This document shows positions 38,870 through 48,721 of a DNA stretch of 64,000 nt, piece after piece. Under the pieces are notes generated by a model that worked only from the letters and a program-made list of their open reading frames with translations, was not told where the DNA came from and searched no databases. Position 1 is the stretch's first letter, and each line of letters opens with the position of its first letter. The position numbers and the translations under genes were made by a program. The stretch covers positions 198,904-262,903 of the forward strand of contig CAVVVA010000002.1 in the NCBI GenBank assembly GCA_963751565.1, read 5' to 3'. This DNA is from an uncultured Actinomycetes bacterium (GTDB lineage: Bacteria; Actinomycetota; Thermoleophilia; UBA2241).

Positions 38870-39570
38870 TGCGGCGCCGACCATTCGCTCTTCAGGCCAT
38901 TCACGAACGCCTGGAGCAGGCGCCGCTGGCGCGCGCGCAGGCGGGCGGCGGTCTCGGGCCGCTGGCGCTGCTCGAGCGTGGCGAGGCCCTGAGCCAGCGC
39001 CCAGGCGCCGTAGGTCATGAAGTCGGCGTCTTCCTGGGTGGGCATGGTGAACACGCCCGCCGCGGCGCCCTCGCGGAACACGTTGAGCACCGTCTCTTCG
39101 AGCTGTTCGTGCTCGCGGGAGTGTGGTCCGACGGCGACCGACTCGTGCATCGTGACGATCGCCACGTCCTCGGGGTTGTGGCGCGCGAACTCGAGATACG
39201 CCATGCCGAGCTCGACGGCGCGCTCGTCGGGCGGCAAGTCGGCCGGCACGCCGGCGAAAGCCTCGAGCAGCGCGCCCATGGCGTGGTCGGCCAGCGCCTT
39301 CACCACGTCGTCCTTGCTGTCGAAGTACTTGTACAGGGCGCCGGGAGAGAAGCCGGCGCGGCGCGCGATCTCGCGCAGGGAGAGGTCGGCCGCGCCCCGC
39401 TCGAGGAGCACCTCCCGAGCGGCCAGCAGTATCTCATCCCGTGTCTCGCGGTGACGGCGTGCCCGGCGATCCACGAGCCGGTCGGCCAACGGGCGATCGA
39501 CCACAAGACCGTCGTCCGGCTCACCGCGGCGGTGGTGAACCCTGTGTGTCCGATGATGGTCTGCCCGCAT
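38866..39570 (-). CDS. TetR/AcrR-family transcriptional regulator
   Basis: HTH (LSLREIARRAGFSPGALYKYF) plus a C-terminal ligand-binding helix bundle; start uncertain. Confidence 0.8.
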   Translation of the reverse strand: MRADHHRTHRVHHRRGEPDDGLVVDRPLADRLVDRRARRHRETRDEILLAAREVLLERGAADLSLREIARRAGFSPGALYKYFDSKDDVVKALADHAMGALLEAFAGVPADLPPDERAVELGMAYLEFARHNPEDVAIVTMHESVAVGPHSREHEQLEETVLNVFREGAAAGVFTMPTQEDADFMTYGAWALAQGLATLEQRQRPETAARLRARQRRLLQAFVNGLKSEWSAPQ

Positions 39571-40024
39571 CGCCCTTGCCCGCCTTTCCGTGTTCTCACC
39601 CGACGGAGTGTCTGTAAACGGCGCTCTCTCCAGAGAACGGCGAGTTCGTCCCTGAACGGCGTTCACCATAGAAGGGCGGAGAAAGGATGTCAAGCGTCGT
39701 CGACCACAAGGAACGGCCCGCGCGGCGCGGCGCGGGAGAGGTGGGCGCGGCGCGGCGCGGGAGAGGTGGGCGCGGCGCGGTTCGAGGCGCAACCGGCGAG
39801 CACGGCGAAGGGCGGGGAGTCGAAAGACTCCCCGCCCTTCAAACCGGCGGGGCCGGCTCGAGCCGGCCCCGCCTCGCTTCTCTGGTCTAGCGGTGAAACG
39901 CACCTCTAGTGTACGCGCTCCCGGCGCAAGTTCCTTTCGGGCATCGGCAGGGTTCGCGGCCTGTGCCCGTGCGCACGGCCGCCGCCTGAGCGATAGCCTC
40001 GCCCGACCACCCCAAGCCGCAGCT

Positions 40025-43000
40025 TCAGTCCACCGCGGCCGGCCCAGCGACTCCCGACCTGCCCCGCAGGTACTCGATCATCGGGCCGCTGACCAGCGGC
40101 ACGACGTCGCCGATCATGTGGGGCATGAGGTTGTCCATGATGCCGGGCATCATGGCCGGCATCTGCTCGGCCATGTAGCCGGGCATCGGCACCCGGTCGG
40201 CGATGCGCTCGAGCATGGTCGTCATGACCTTGGGCATCATCATCGGCAGCAGCCGCGGGAACAGCACGGGGAATATCGGTTTCATCAGGTCGAGCACGCC
40301 CGGCACCTTGCCCATCGCCCGCATCATGGGTCCCATGCCGAAGGGCATGGCATCGATGAGTTCGGGCCACATCGTGCCCATCAGGTCCGCGAAGCCCTGC
40401 GGCGTCATGAGGGCGATCATGGCCTCGAATACGGCCCACTGCTTCTGCACTTCGGGATTCGGGTCGGGCAGCTCGTAGCCCAGCGCCGCGGCGCTGAAGC
40501 GAGCCAGGTCGACCACGTCGATGTCGATGCCTTTGGCCTGGGCGCTCACGCGCAGCTGGAACTGGCAGCACGGGCACAGTGCGAGGATCGTCTCGGCGCC
40601 GACCTCCTGGGCCTCGCGCAGCCGGGTCTCGCCGATGTCGGCGGCTGCGGCTGGGTCGTTGAGCAGCGTCAGCACGCTGCCGCAGCAATGCGCCTCGGAA
40701 CGGTTGAACGGCATCTCCACGAACTCGGCGTTGGGGTTGGCTCTGATCAGCTCGCGCGGCGGCTCGTACACGCCCGAAGCGCGCCCGATGTGGCACGAGT
40801 CGTGCCAGGTCACGCGCGTCTTGTGAGACGCCGCGGCCCCGTCTGTCTTGCCGCTCTTCTTGCCGCTCTTCTTGCCGCTCGCGTCACGTGTCGGCGGCGT
40901 CGAAGGAAACGCGAACTCGCCCGTGGCGATCCTGTCGGCGATGAGCTCGGAGTAGTGCCTGACCGCGATCGGATAGTCGATGCCGAGCCTTGCGGCCCAC
41001 TCCGGGTAGACGTTGCGCCACATCATGTCGCAGGCGGGGCAGCTGGTCGTCACGGTGTGTGCGCCGCTCGCCAGCACACTGGCGATGTTGCTGCGCATGA
41101 CGTTCTCGAACTGCTCCCACTTGCCGGCCACGAGCATCGGCGTCGCGCAACACAGCTCCTTCTCACCCAGGTAGGTGAAGTCGACGCCGGCCGCGTCGAG
41201 CAGACGCACCGTGCCGATGCCGATGTCGCGTTCGACGTAGCTCGCCGTGCAGCCGGCAAAGTACAGCGTGTCGGCGGCGTGCTGCGGACCGTGCTTCGCC
41301 CAAAGGTCCTGGGGGAACCAGTCGGCGCGATTCTGGCGGTAGCCCGCCCAGATATCGCCCTGGTCGCGCAGCGCCGCGCTCATCATCTCGAACGGCGGCA
41401 GCGTCATGCGCCCGTCGTCTTCGATCAGCCGGCCGCGGAGCTTCATCCAGCTCGGCTCGATCGGCAGGACGGCCGAGCAGCGCGTGTCGCAGATCTCGCA
41501 GGTCGTGCAGGTGATGAACGTGTCGACCATCTCCTGGCTCCAGGCCTCGCGGCCCTCGATGAACTCGCGCAGCCAGTACCACTTGCCGCGCGGGCTCTGA
41601 CTCTCCCAGCCGCGCCCGTAGAACTGGTCGCACTGGTCGACGCAGTAGCCGCACTGCGAGCACGAGTAGGCGTAGAGAGCGACGTCCGCGGGGATGCCGC
41701 GCACCGAAGCCGCGGGGTCGGGCTTGGCGACGGCCTTGGCGATGACGCGGTTGCCGAAGGGCCGGATCAGCGGCTCGAACGCCCCGGCCAGCGTGAGCGC
41801 TTTGCCCAGCGCGCCGCTGGCGATCACCTTGCCGGGGTTGAGCACGCCGCGTGGGTCGACCTGCCGCTTGAAGTCGCGCAGGCGCTTGACGCGCTCGGTG
41901 CCCAGGATGTCGTCGGCGCGGCTGGCGAAGTACATGCCGGTCGAGTAGGGCCGGCCACCGTGCTTTTCGGCGATGTCCATGATGGTGAGCACGAGGCCGA
42001 AGACGAAGTTGTAGTCGAAGCGACGCTGGTCGGAGGGGATGAAGCCGAGAATGATCGCCTCGGGCCGGCCGTGGGCGCCGTGCCTGACGATCACGCCCTC
42101 CTTGACCACCGGCTGATCGACCTTGCGCTCGATCTCCTCCATGACCGCCCCAAGGTGCTCGAGCGGCACGACCACCTCGGAGGGCACCAGCGACGGACCC
42201 AGGCGCTTGACGATCATGAGCTGGAAGCGGTGCTCCCATTCGTGCCGGGCGATGCGGTCGGACAGTATCTCGGCCTGGACGGGGCCGACGAGCCCGGGAA
42301 GCGCCGCCTCCACGACGGCCTGATCGGCGGCCCGGTAGGCCAGCGTCAGGATGTAGGCGGCCGGCAGCAGGACGCGCTCCTCGGCCGGATGGCCGTTGTG
42401 CTCGCGCAGCGGCGAGCGGTTCTTCATCTCGGCCATGCGCGGGTTGATGTAGACCATCGACCAGATCGGCAGGTCGGCGGCGATGATGGTGTCGATCAGG
42501 GTCTGCAGGTCGCGGGCGTCGGCGCAGGCGACCGCGGTGACGGCCTCGTCTTCGAGCGGGCGGATACGCACCGTGACCCGGCTGATGATGCCGGTCGTGC
42601 CCTCGGCGTCGGCGACGAGGCCCACGTCGACACCCGAGAGCTCGCGCACGGCGCCCCCGGCCAGCACGACGCGCACGGAGACGACGTTGTCGGCGAACCA
42701 GCCGTACTCATACGAGCCGATGCCGGCGCCGCCCTGGGCGAGCCAGCCGCCCACCGAAGACGACGGATAGCTGGTCGGGTAGAGGCGCAGCGTCAGCCCG
42801 TGCCGGGCGAGCTCGCGGTCGAGCTGCTCCCACGTGATGCCGGGCTCGACGGTGACCGTGAGAGCCTCACGGTCGACAGCCAGGATGCCGCGCAGGCGGT
42901 AGAGGTCGACGACGAGGCCCTTCTTGACCGGGATGGCGCCGCCGTAGCCTGACGAGCCTTTGCCGCGCGGTGTCAGCGGGACGCCGCGATCGGTCGCCCA

Positions 43001-43198
43001 GCGTACGAGCTCGACGAGCTGCTCCTCGCTCGAGGGCTGAACGACCGCGTCGGGCGTCGTGTCGCCGACGAGCGGCTTGATCAGGCTCGGCATGGCGGCG
43101 ATGTCGTGGCCGTACAGCCGGCGCTCGCGGCGCTCGAAGGTCACGTGTCGACCGAGAAGGTTCTTCAGCCGGTCCCTGTCTGCCGTGGAGAGAGCCAT
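40025..43198 (-). CDS. FAD-binding oxidase (GlcD-like PCMH domain) fused to 4Fe-4S dicluster and CCG/GlcF-like cysteine-rich domains (about 1058 aa)
   Basis: ATG at 43198; FAD-binding block (…RGKGSSGYGGA…); CSQCGYCVDQC and CTTCEICDTRC ferredoxin motifs; two CCG-like blocks; a Lys-rich insert (KKSGKKSGK) coded by a small tandem DNA repeat. Confidence 0.85.
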   Translation of the reverse strand: MALSTADRDRLKNLLGRHVTFERRERRLYGHDIAAMPSLIKPLVGDTTPDAVVQPSSEEQLVELVRWATDRGVPLTPRGKGSSGYGGAIPVKKGLVVDLYRLRGILAVDREALTVTVEPGITWEQLDRELARHGLTLRLYPTSYPSSSVGGWLAQGGAGIGSYEYGWFADNVVSVRVVLAGGAVRELSGVDVGLVADAEGTTGIISRVTVRIRPLEDEAVTAVACADARDLQTLIDTIIAADLPIWSMVYINPRMAEMKNRSPLREHNGHPAEERVLLPAAYILTLAYRAADQAVVEAALPGLVGPVQAEILSDRIARHEWEHRFQLMIVKRLGPSLVPSEVVVPLEHLGAVMEEIERKVDQPVVKEGVIVRHGAHGRPEAIILGFIPSDQRRFDYNFVFGLVLTIMDIAEKHGGRPYSTGMYFASRADDILGTERVKRLRDFKRQVDPRGVLNPGKVIASGALGKALTLAGAFEPLIRPFGNRVIAKAVAKPDPAASVRGIPADVALYAYSCSQCGYCVDQCDQFYGRGWESQSPRGKWYWLREFIEGREAWSQEMVDTFITCTTCEICDTRCSAVLPIEPSWMKLRGRLIEDDGRMTLPPFEMMSAALRDQGDIWAGYRQNRADWFPQDLWAKHGPQHAADTLYFAGCTASYVERDIGIGTVRLLDAAGVDFTYLGEKELCCATPMLVAGKWEQFENVMRSNIASVLASGAHTVTTSCPACDMMWRNVYPEWAARLGIDYPIAVRHYSELIADRIATGEFAFPSTPPTRDASGKKSGKKSGKTDGAAASHKTRVTWHDSCHIGRASGVYEPPRELIRANPNAEFVEMPFNRSEAHCCGSVLTLLNDPAAAADIGETRLREAQEVGAETILALCPCCQFQLRVSAQAKGIDIDVVDLARFSAAALGYELPDPNPEVQKQWAVFEAMIALMTPQGFADLMGTMWPELIDAMPFGMGPMMRAMGKVPGVLDLMKPIFPVLFPRLLPMMMPKVMTTMLERIADRVPMPGYMAEQMPAMMPGIMDNLMPHMIGDVVPLVSGPMIEYLRGRSGVAGPAAVD

Positions 43199-43224
43199 GG
43201 CGATTCCTTTCCGGGTTCCGGGAG

Positions 43225-43557
43225 CTACGAGAGACCGCGCGCCAGGGCGGCCTGCTGGGAGAGCGCACTGGTGAGCACGGCACGCAGGGTGTCGAGCGCG
43301 TCGATCACGCGCGGGTCGGCCAGCGCGTACAGCACGCTGGCGCCGTCGCGCGCGGTGGTGACCAGTCGCCGGTCGCGCAGCACCTTGAGGTGGCGGGAGA
43401 CGGTCGACTGCGGCGCATCGAGCAGCTCGGCCAGCCCGCTCACGTGCCTGGGCGACTCGGCCAGCGCATAGAGGATGAGGATGCGGGTCGGGTCGGCGAG
43501 CGCCTGGCAGAGGTTGGCGTGCAACAGATTGACCTCGCGCCTGAGCTGCTCGTCCAC
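43225..43557 (-). CDS. ArsR/SmtB-family transcriptional regulator
   Basis: GTG start with a perfect AAGGAGGAGAC RBS; HTH (…LAESPRHVSGLAELLDAPQSTVSRHLKVL…). Confidence 0.8.
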   Translation of the reverse strand: MDEQLRREVNLLHANLCQALADPTRILILYALAESPRHVSGLAELLDAPQSTVSRHLKVLRDRRLVTTARDGASVLYALADPRVIDALDTLRAVLTSALSQQAALARGLS

Positions 43558-43832
43558 GTCTCCTCCTTGAAGGGATGCGCATATCCGTTTCTGCGAATAT
43601 ATTGGCAGTCTAGCACCCGGCGACGGGTTCGTGTCAACCAGGTGCGGGAACGGAAACGTTGCCCTCGGGAACGGTCGGCGGGCACGATGCGTGAACGCGA
43701 GCGTCGACCAGGAAGGAGATCGGCATCTCGCGACCGTTGCCACCACCGGCCCGCTCTCGCTCGAACCAAGGCGGCGAGCTGCCGCTCGACCGGTGGATCC
43801 CGCCGACGACTTCGACTGAAGCGCGCCGCGGT

Positions 43833-44048
43833 TCAGCCGCCGGCGACGACCCGCCGGTGGTCGGCGCCCACGAGGGCGCGCAGAACCTCGATCTCGTCGA
43901 GCCTGCCCTCGGGCAGGTCATAGAACACGGCGAGTTGCCGGTGCTCCAGAGCGGCCGCCTTGGCACGAACGAGCAGCTCGTCGCGCTCAACGTACCGACC
44001 CTCTCTGAAGGCCTCGCGCACGACCCGTCTGGCATCGCGTGACAGCAT
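43833..44048 (-). CDS. hypothetical small protein
   Basis: ORF with ATG after GGAGGGGGGAG; no recognised family. Confidence 0.25.
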   Translation of the reverse strand: MLSRDARRVVREAFREGRYVERDELLVRAKAAALEHRQLAVFYDLPEGRLDEIEVLRALVGADHRRVVAGG

Positions 44049-44414
44049 CTCCCCCCTCCGGTCGCTTCGCCCGACCCACGGTTCTCTGTCGTACACCCGA
44101 TCGGTGGTTCCGCCAAGCGTTGCCGGCGCCGAGCCGCCCTGACACCGTTGGCCGCACCGGCCGCCGCAGGGAGAACCAAGGCTCCGTCATTCGAGCGTGC
44201 CGGGTCGGTGCGCACCTGGCCGTGCGCACCTGGGCGCGACGGCTCCGCGCCGCGCCCCGGCGCCCACCCGCGCGCACGAGAGCCCGATGAAAACGCTCGG
44301 GCGACGGGACTCACCGGCCAGCGGTTTGCCGGTGGGAATGGTATGGTCGCGACGACGAACGTGTCCGCCGCGGCCGCGCGGCGATCACCGTCCCAAAGAC
44401 GAAGTGAGGTGCGC

Positions 44415-45050
44415 ATGCTCACGCTCTACCAGGCCGAATGGTGCCCGTACTGCCACCGGGTGCGGCAGGTGCTCACCGAGCTCGGGCTGACGTACACGTG
44501 CGTCAACGTCCCGGTGCAGCGCGCCGATCGCACCCAGGTGCGCGAGCTGTCCGGGCAGGACGTCGTACCGGTGCTCAAGGACGGCCGCAAGGTCCTGGTC
44601 GGCTCCGACGAGATCGTCGCCCACCTGCGGGCCGGCTATCCACCGCCGGCCGACGCCGAAGCTCACGCCGAAGTCGGCCGCTTCCGCGTGGTGCTCGAGC
44701 TCGACGAAGGGCCTGAGGAGGCGCTCGCGCTGCTCCGCGAGGTCTTCGCGACCGCCGACATCCGCATCATCTCCGAGACACGCGGCCACGAGCTCGGCGC
44801 CGACCACCTGCCCGAAGGCTACGTGCTGGTGCAGGCCGCCGCCGTCTGGGCCATGGAGCAGGCGGCCGCGTTCGACCCCACGGTGCCGGCCGCGACCTCG
44901 TTCTCGCTGGCCGTGTTCTCCGCCGACGGCGGCAGCGCGATCGCCGTCACGCGTCCCTTCGCCGAAGCCTGGCTCTACGGCGACCCCGCCTTGAGCAAGC
45001 TCACCATGGCGGTGACGCAGCGCGTCTACGAGGCGCTCGAGAAGCTCTGA
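44415..45050 (+). CDS. glutaredoxin-like domain (CPYC) fused to an uncharacterised C-terminal domain
   Basis: ATG at 44415; N-terminal LYQAEWCPYCHRVRQVLTELG thioredoxin-fold motif. Confidence 0.6.
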   Translation: MLTLYQAEWCPYCHRVRQVLTELGLTYTCVNVPVQRADRTQVRELSGQDVVPVLKDGRKVLVGSDEIVAHLRAGYPPPADAEAHAEVGRFRVVLELDEGPEEALALLREVFATADIRIISETRGHELGADHLPEGYVLVQAAAVWAMEQAAAFDPTVPAATSFSLAVFSADGGSAIAVTRPFAEAWLYGDPALSKLTMAVTQRVYEALEKL

Positions 45051-45115
45051 CCCGTGCGGGGGCGGCGGGGGCGGGCGGCCTTGCGGCCGCCCGCCCCCGC
45101 CGCCCCGCCGCCCCC

Positions 45116-45925
45116 CTATTCCCACTCAAAGAGCGCGGCCGCCATGAGGGCCGTCGCCACGCCGATGCCGCCTACGATCGTCAGCTGCAGCAGGCTGACG
45201 CCGAAACCGTTCCAGGGATCGACCAGCGAGATCACCACGTGGTAGAGCGGCAGCGCCTTGCCGAGAGCCAGCATCCAGGCGGGCAGCAGGTCGAGCGGCG
45301 CGCTGGTGCCCGAGATGAACATCATGATGAACCAGATCAGCAGACCGACGCCCTGGGCGGCGCGCGCCGTGGGCGCGAGCGAGGCGATCAGCACGCCGAG
45401 CGCCGAGAAGGCGAACACGGCCACCACGAAAGCGATGGCCACACCGCCGACCGAAGCCGGCGCGACCACGCCGTAGGCGAAGACGCCGAGCACGCCGATG
45501 ACCAGGCCGCCGACCAGGCAGATGCCGACGCCCACGAGGAACTGCGAGCCCAGGAGCACCCACTCCGACATTCCGGAAGCGCGGAAGCGCCGCAACACGC
45601 CCCGTTCGCGATAGGTCGACAGATGCACCGGCAGCGAGACGGTGCCGATCGAGGCGATCACGAGGCCGATGTAGCCGGGCACGTACCAGTCCATCATCTT
45701 CAGGCCGGCGTAGGCGCCGCGGTCCATGTGCTGGCCGCCGAAGATGCCGCCCAGCAGCACCAGCACGAGCACCGGGAAGGCAAACGAGAAAACGAGGGTC
45801 ACCGGTTCGCGGACCAGCAGCTTGATCTCGATCCAGGTCATGCGCAGCAGGACCTTGACGAAGGTCGCGGCCCAGCTCCCCCGTCTCGCAGCCGTTCCGC
45901 GCGACCGTGACGGCATCTCGCTCAT
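45116..45925 (-). CDS. ABC-2 type transporter permease (DrrB-like)
   Basis: Six TM segments; start overlaps the ATPase gene stop (ATGA). Confidence 0.75.
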   Translation of the reverse strand: MSEMPSRSRGTAARRGSWAATFVKVLLRMTWIEIKLLVREPVTLVFSFAFPVLVLVLLGGIFGGQHMDRGAYAGLKMMDWYVPGYIGLVIASIGTVSLPVHLSTYRERGVLRRFRASGMSEWVLLGSQFLVGVGICLVGGLVIGVLGVFAYGVVAPASVGGVAIAFVVAVFAFSALGVLIASLAPTARAAQGVGLLIWFIMMFISGTSAPLDLLPAWMLALGKALPLYHVVISLVDPWNGFGVSLLQLTIVGGIGVATALMAAALFEWE

Positions 45926-46878
45926 TCGGCCATGACGTGTCCGGTGAGGCTGAGGAAGACGTCTTCGAGGCTCGGCGCCTCGACATGAAGGTCGGCCGGC
46001 GCCATGTCCCGGGCGACGAGGGCCGCGGCGACGTGCGCCAGCACGGCGCCGCGGCCCTCGACGACCACGCGCGGGCCCTCGCGGCGCACCGCCTCGACGT
46101 GGCGCACGCCCTCGAGGAACGATACGTCGGTGGCCTCGGTGTGGAACACCACCCGCTGTCCGGCGGCGTGCGAGGCGATCAGGCCTCGTGGGCTGTCGAG
46201 CGCCACGACCTTGCCCCTGAACATGACCGCGATGCGGTCGCAGAGCCGCTCGGCCTCGTCCATGAAGTGCGTCACCAGCACGACGGTCGAGCCCCGTTCA
46301 CGAATCTCGCGGATGAGATCCCAGGCGACGCGGCGGGCGGCCGGGTCGAGACCGGTGGTCATCTCATCTAAGAACACGACCTCGGGTCCGTTGACCACCG
46401 CCAGGGCGACGAAGAGCCGCTGCCGCTGACCGCCCGACAGCGAGTGGAAGGCCGCCCGGCTCTTGTCGGCGAGCCCCCATTCGGCCATGACGTCGCGCCA
46501 GTCGCGCCCGCCGGGCGTGAGCGAAGCGAACAGCTCGAGCGCCTCCCAGACGCGGATGTGGTCGGGCAGGGCCGACTCCTGGAGCTGGCAGCCGATGCGC
46601 CGCCGCAGCTCGCGCGACTGGCGCGCCGGATCGAGCCCGAGCACCGCGATCGCCCCGCCGTCGGGCTGGCGCAGGCCCTGCAGGCATTCGACGGTGGTCG
46701 TCTTGCCGGCGCCGTTGGGGCCGAGCAGCCCGAAGATCTCGCCGCGCGCTACGGCGAAGGTGGCGTCGCGCAGGGCGGTGAACCCGCGGTAGGACTTCTG
46801 CACGTGGGACGCGGTGATGACGGCCTCGCGGCCGTCGAGGTCGCGAAGATCGGCTCGGCGCGCCATAGCGTTCGCCAT
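45922..46878 (-). CDS. ABC transporter ATP-binding protein (DrrA-like)
   Basis: Walker A GPNGAGKTT, signature LSGGQRQR, Walker B VVFLDE. Confidence 0.9.
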   Translation of the reverse strand: MANAMARRADLRDLDGREAVITASHVQKSYRGFTALRDATFAVARGEIFGLLGPNGAGKTTTVECLQGLRQPDGGAIAVLGLDPARQSRELRRRIGCQLQESALPDHIRVWEALELFASLTPGGRDWRDVMAEWGLADKSRAAFHSLSGGQRQRLFVALAVVNGPEVVFLDEMTTGLDPAARRVAWDLIREIRERGSTVVLVTHFMDEAERLCDRIAVMFRGKVVALDSPRGLIASHAAGQRVVFHTEATDVSFLEGVRHVEAVRREGPRVVVEGRGAVLAHVAAALVARDMAPADLHVEAPSLEDVFLSLTGHVMAE

Positions 46879-46905
46879 GGTAGCACGGCGGACCGGGATC
46901 GGCGC

Positions 46906-47901
46906 CTACGGCAGCAGTCCCTCGCCGCCCCACACGCCGAGCTTGCGAAAGCGTTCGCGGCGCAGCACGCGGCGCTCGCGCGGCATGACCGCGTCGAGCT
47001 CGGCCAAGGCCTCGGCGATGGCGTCGTGGACGCGTCGGGCGGCGCCCTCGGGATTGAGGTGGGCGCCGCCGCGCGGCTCCTCGATCACCCGATCGATGAT
47101 GCCGAGCGGCAGGAGCTGCGAGGCCGTCGGCCGCAGCGCCTCGGCGGCCTGCGGCGCGAACTCGGCGTCGCGCCACAGGATCGCGGCGCAGCCCTCGGGC
47201 GAGATGACCGAGTAGGTCGCGTTCTCCTGCATGAGGACGCGGTCGGCGACGGCGAGGGCGAGGGCTCCGCCCGAGCCGCCCTCGCCGATCAGCGTGGCGA
47301 CGACCGGCACGCTCAGGCGCGCCATGGTCAGCATGGTCTCGGCGATCGCCCGCGCCTGCCCGCCCTCTTCGGCGGCCACACCCGGATAGGCCCCCGGCGT
47401 ATCGACGAAGGTGAGCACCGTCAGGCGGTGTCGTTCGGCCAGGGTGAAGAGCCGCTGAGCCTTGCGGTAGCCCTCGGGCTTGGCCATCCCGAAGCTGTGC
47501 TCCGTTTGCTCATCGAGCGTGCGGCCCTTCTGGTGGCCGACCACGACCACGGCGCGGCCGTCGAACCAGCCCAGCCCGCCGATCACGGCCCGGTCGTCGG
47601 CCCGCAGGCGGTCGCCCTTGAGCTCCTCGAAGCCCTCGATGAGAAACTCGATGTACTCGCTGGTGCGCGGACGATCCTTGTTGCGCGCGATCTGGACGGT
47701 CAGCCAGGTGTCGTGGCGGCGGCGTTCATGCCGGCGGCTCTTCAGGAGCCCCTGGAGCCGGTCCGCCTCCTCCGAGAGGTTGACTCCCGGGATTCTTGAA
47801 AGCCGCCGCAACTCTTGCAGACGCTGCCCGAGCCAGCCTTCGCGTGCGGCCGCCTCTGGATCGTGATGCTCGTCGTCGTTCGAGTCCGTCAGGTTGACCA
47901 C
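46906..47901 (-). CDS. accA: acetyl-CoA carboxylase carboxyltransferase subunit alpha
   Basis: Strong similarity throughout (…FGMAKPEGYRKAQRL…FVDTPGAYPG…ISPEGCAAILW…). Confidence 0.9.
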   Translation of the reverse strand: MVNLTDSNDDEHHDPEAAAREGWLGQRLQELRRLSRIPGVNLSEEADRLQGLLKSRRHERRRHDTWLTVQIARNKDRPRTSEYIEFLIEGFEELKGDRLRADDRAVIGGLGWFDGRAVVVVGHQKGRTLDEQTEHSFGMAKPEGYRKAQRLFTLAERHRLTVLTFVDTPGAYPGVAAEEGGQARAIAETMLTMARLSVPVVATLIGEGGSGGALALAVADRVLMQENATYSVISPEGCAAILWRDAEFAPQAAEALRPTASQLLPLGIIDRVIEEPRGGAHLNPEGAARRVHDAIAEALAELDAVMPRERRVLRRERFRKLGVWGGEGLLP

Positions 47902-48721
47902 CTCCCTTCAGCAGACGGAGGTAGTTGGCCACCTTGTCCTTGAGCTCGACGCGCGGCACGATCGCGTCGACGTGGCCGAGCAGCAGGTTGCGCTCGGCGC
48001 TGCCGAAGTCGGCGGGAAGCTGCTCACCCGTGGTCTGCGAGATCACCCGCGGACCCGAGAAGTACAGCAGGGCGCCCGGTTCGGCCACGCAGATGTCGGC
48101 CAGGCTGACGAAGCTCGCCACTACGCCGCCGGTGCAGGGGTCGGCCATCACCGCGACGAACGGCACGCGGGCGTCGTTCAACACGTCGACGGCACAGGTG
48201 GTCTTGGCCATCTGCATGAGCGACAGGGCGCCCTCCTGCATGCGGGCGCCGCCCGAGCTGGCCACGGCCACGAGCGGCCGGCTCTCTTCGGCGGCGACGG
48301 CGGCGGCGCGCCAGAGCCTCTCGCCGACGACGCTGCCCATGCTGCCGCCCATGAAGCCGAAGTCCATGACGGCCAGCACGCAGGGGGTGGAGCCGATCGT
48401 GGCCGTGCCGGCCAGGATCGCCTCGGTCAACCGGCTTGCGCCCTGCGCCTCGCGCACCCGTTCCGGGTAGGGCTCGAGGTCGATGAAGTCGAGCGGGTCG
48501 AGCGTACGCAGGTGGCCCCAGGACTCGACGAACGTGCCGTCGTCGGCAAGCTGGGCGATGCGCTCACGAGCGCCGATGCGCTCGTGAAAGCCGCAGGCGG
48601 GGCAGACCGACAGGTTCTCCTTGACCGCGGCCGGGTCGTGATCCGAAGCGCACTTGGGGCAGACCCAGCGCCGCTCTTGCGGCCCGTTCTCCCGCCGGGC
48701 GATCTCGACCGTGACGGTCAT
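47726..48721 (-). CDS. accD: acetyl-CoA carboxylase carboxyltransferase subunit beta (N-terminal zinc ribbon)
   Basis: CPKCASD…CPACGFH zinc ribbon; the carboxyltransferase core (…DFGFMGGSMGSVVGE…); the last about 60 codons are Arg-rich and overlap accA out of frame. Confidence 0.8.
   Translation of the reverse strand: MTVTVEIARRENGPQERRWVCPKCASDHDPAAVKENLSVCPACGFHERIGARERIAQLADDGTFVESWGHLRTLDPLDFIDLEPYPERVREAQGASRLTEAILAGTATIGSTPCVLAVMDFGFMGGSMGSVVGERLWRAAAVAAEESRPLVAVASSGGARMQEGALSLMQMAKTTCAVDVLNDARVPFVAVMADPCTGGVVASFVSLADICVAEPGALLYFSGPRVISQTTGEQLPADFGSAERNLLLGHVDAIVPRVELKDKVANYLRLLKGGGQPDGLERRRASRSRGGRTRRLARAASARVAAAFKNPGSQPLGGGGPAPGAPEEPPA

Noticed and set aside
44049-44414. Long 5' leader of the glutaredoxin-fusion gene, with a 14-bp tandem repeat (gtgcgcacctgg x2), as a possible riboswitch
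   Set aside because: There is no match to a riboswitch consensus that I can recall. It is GC-rich with scattered short repeats only.
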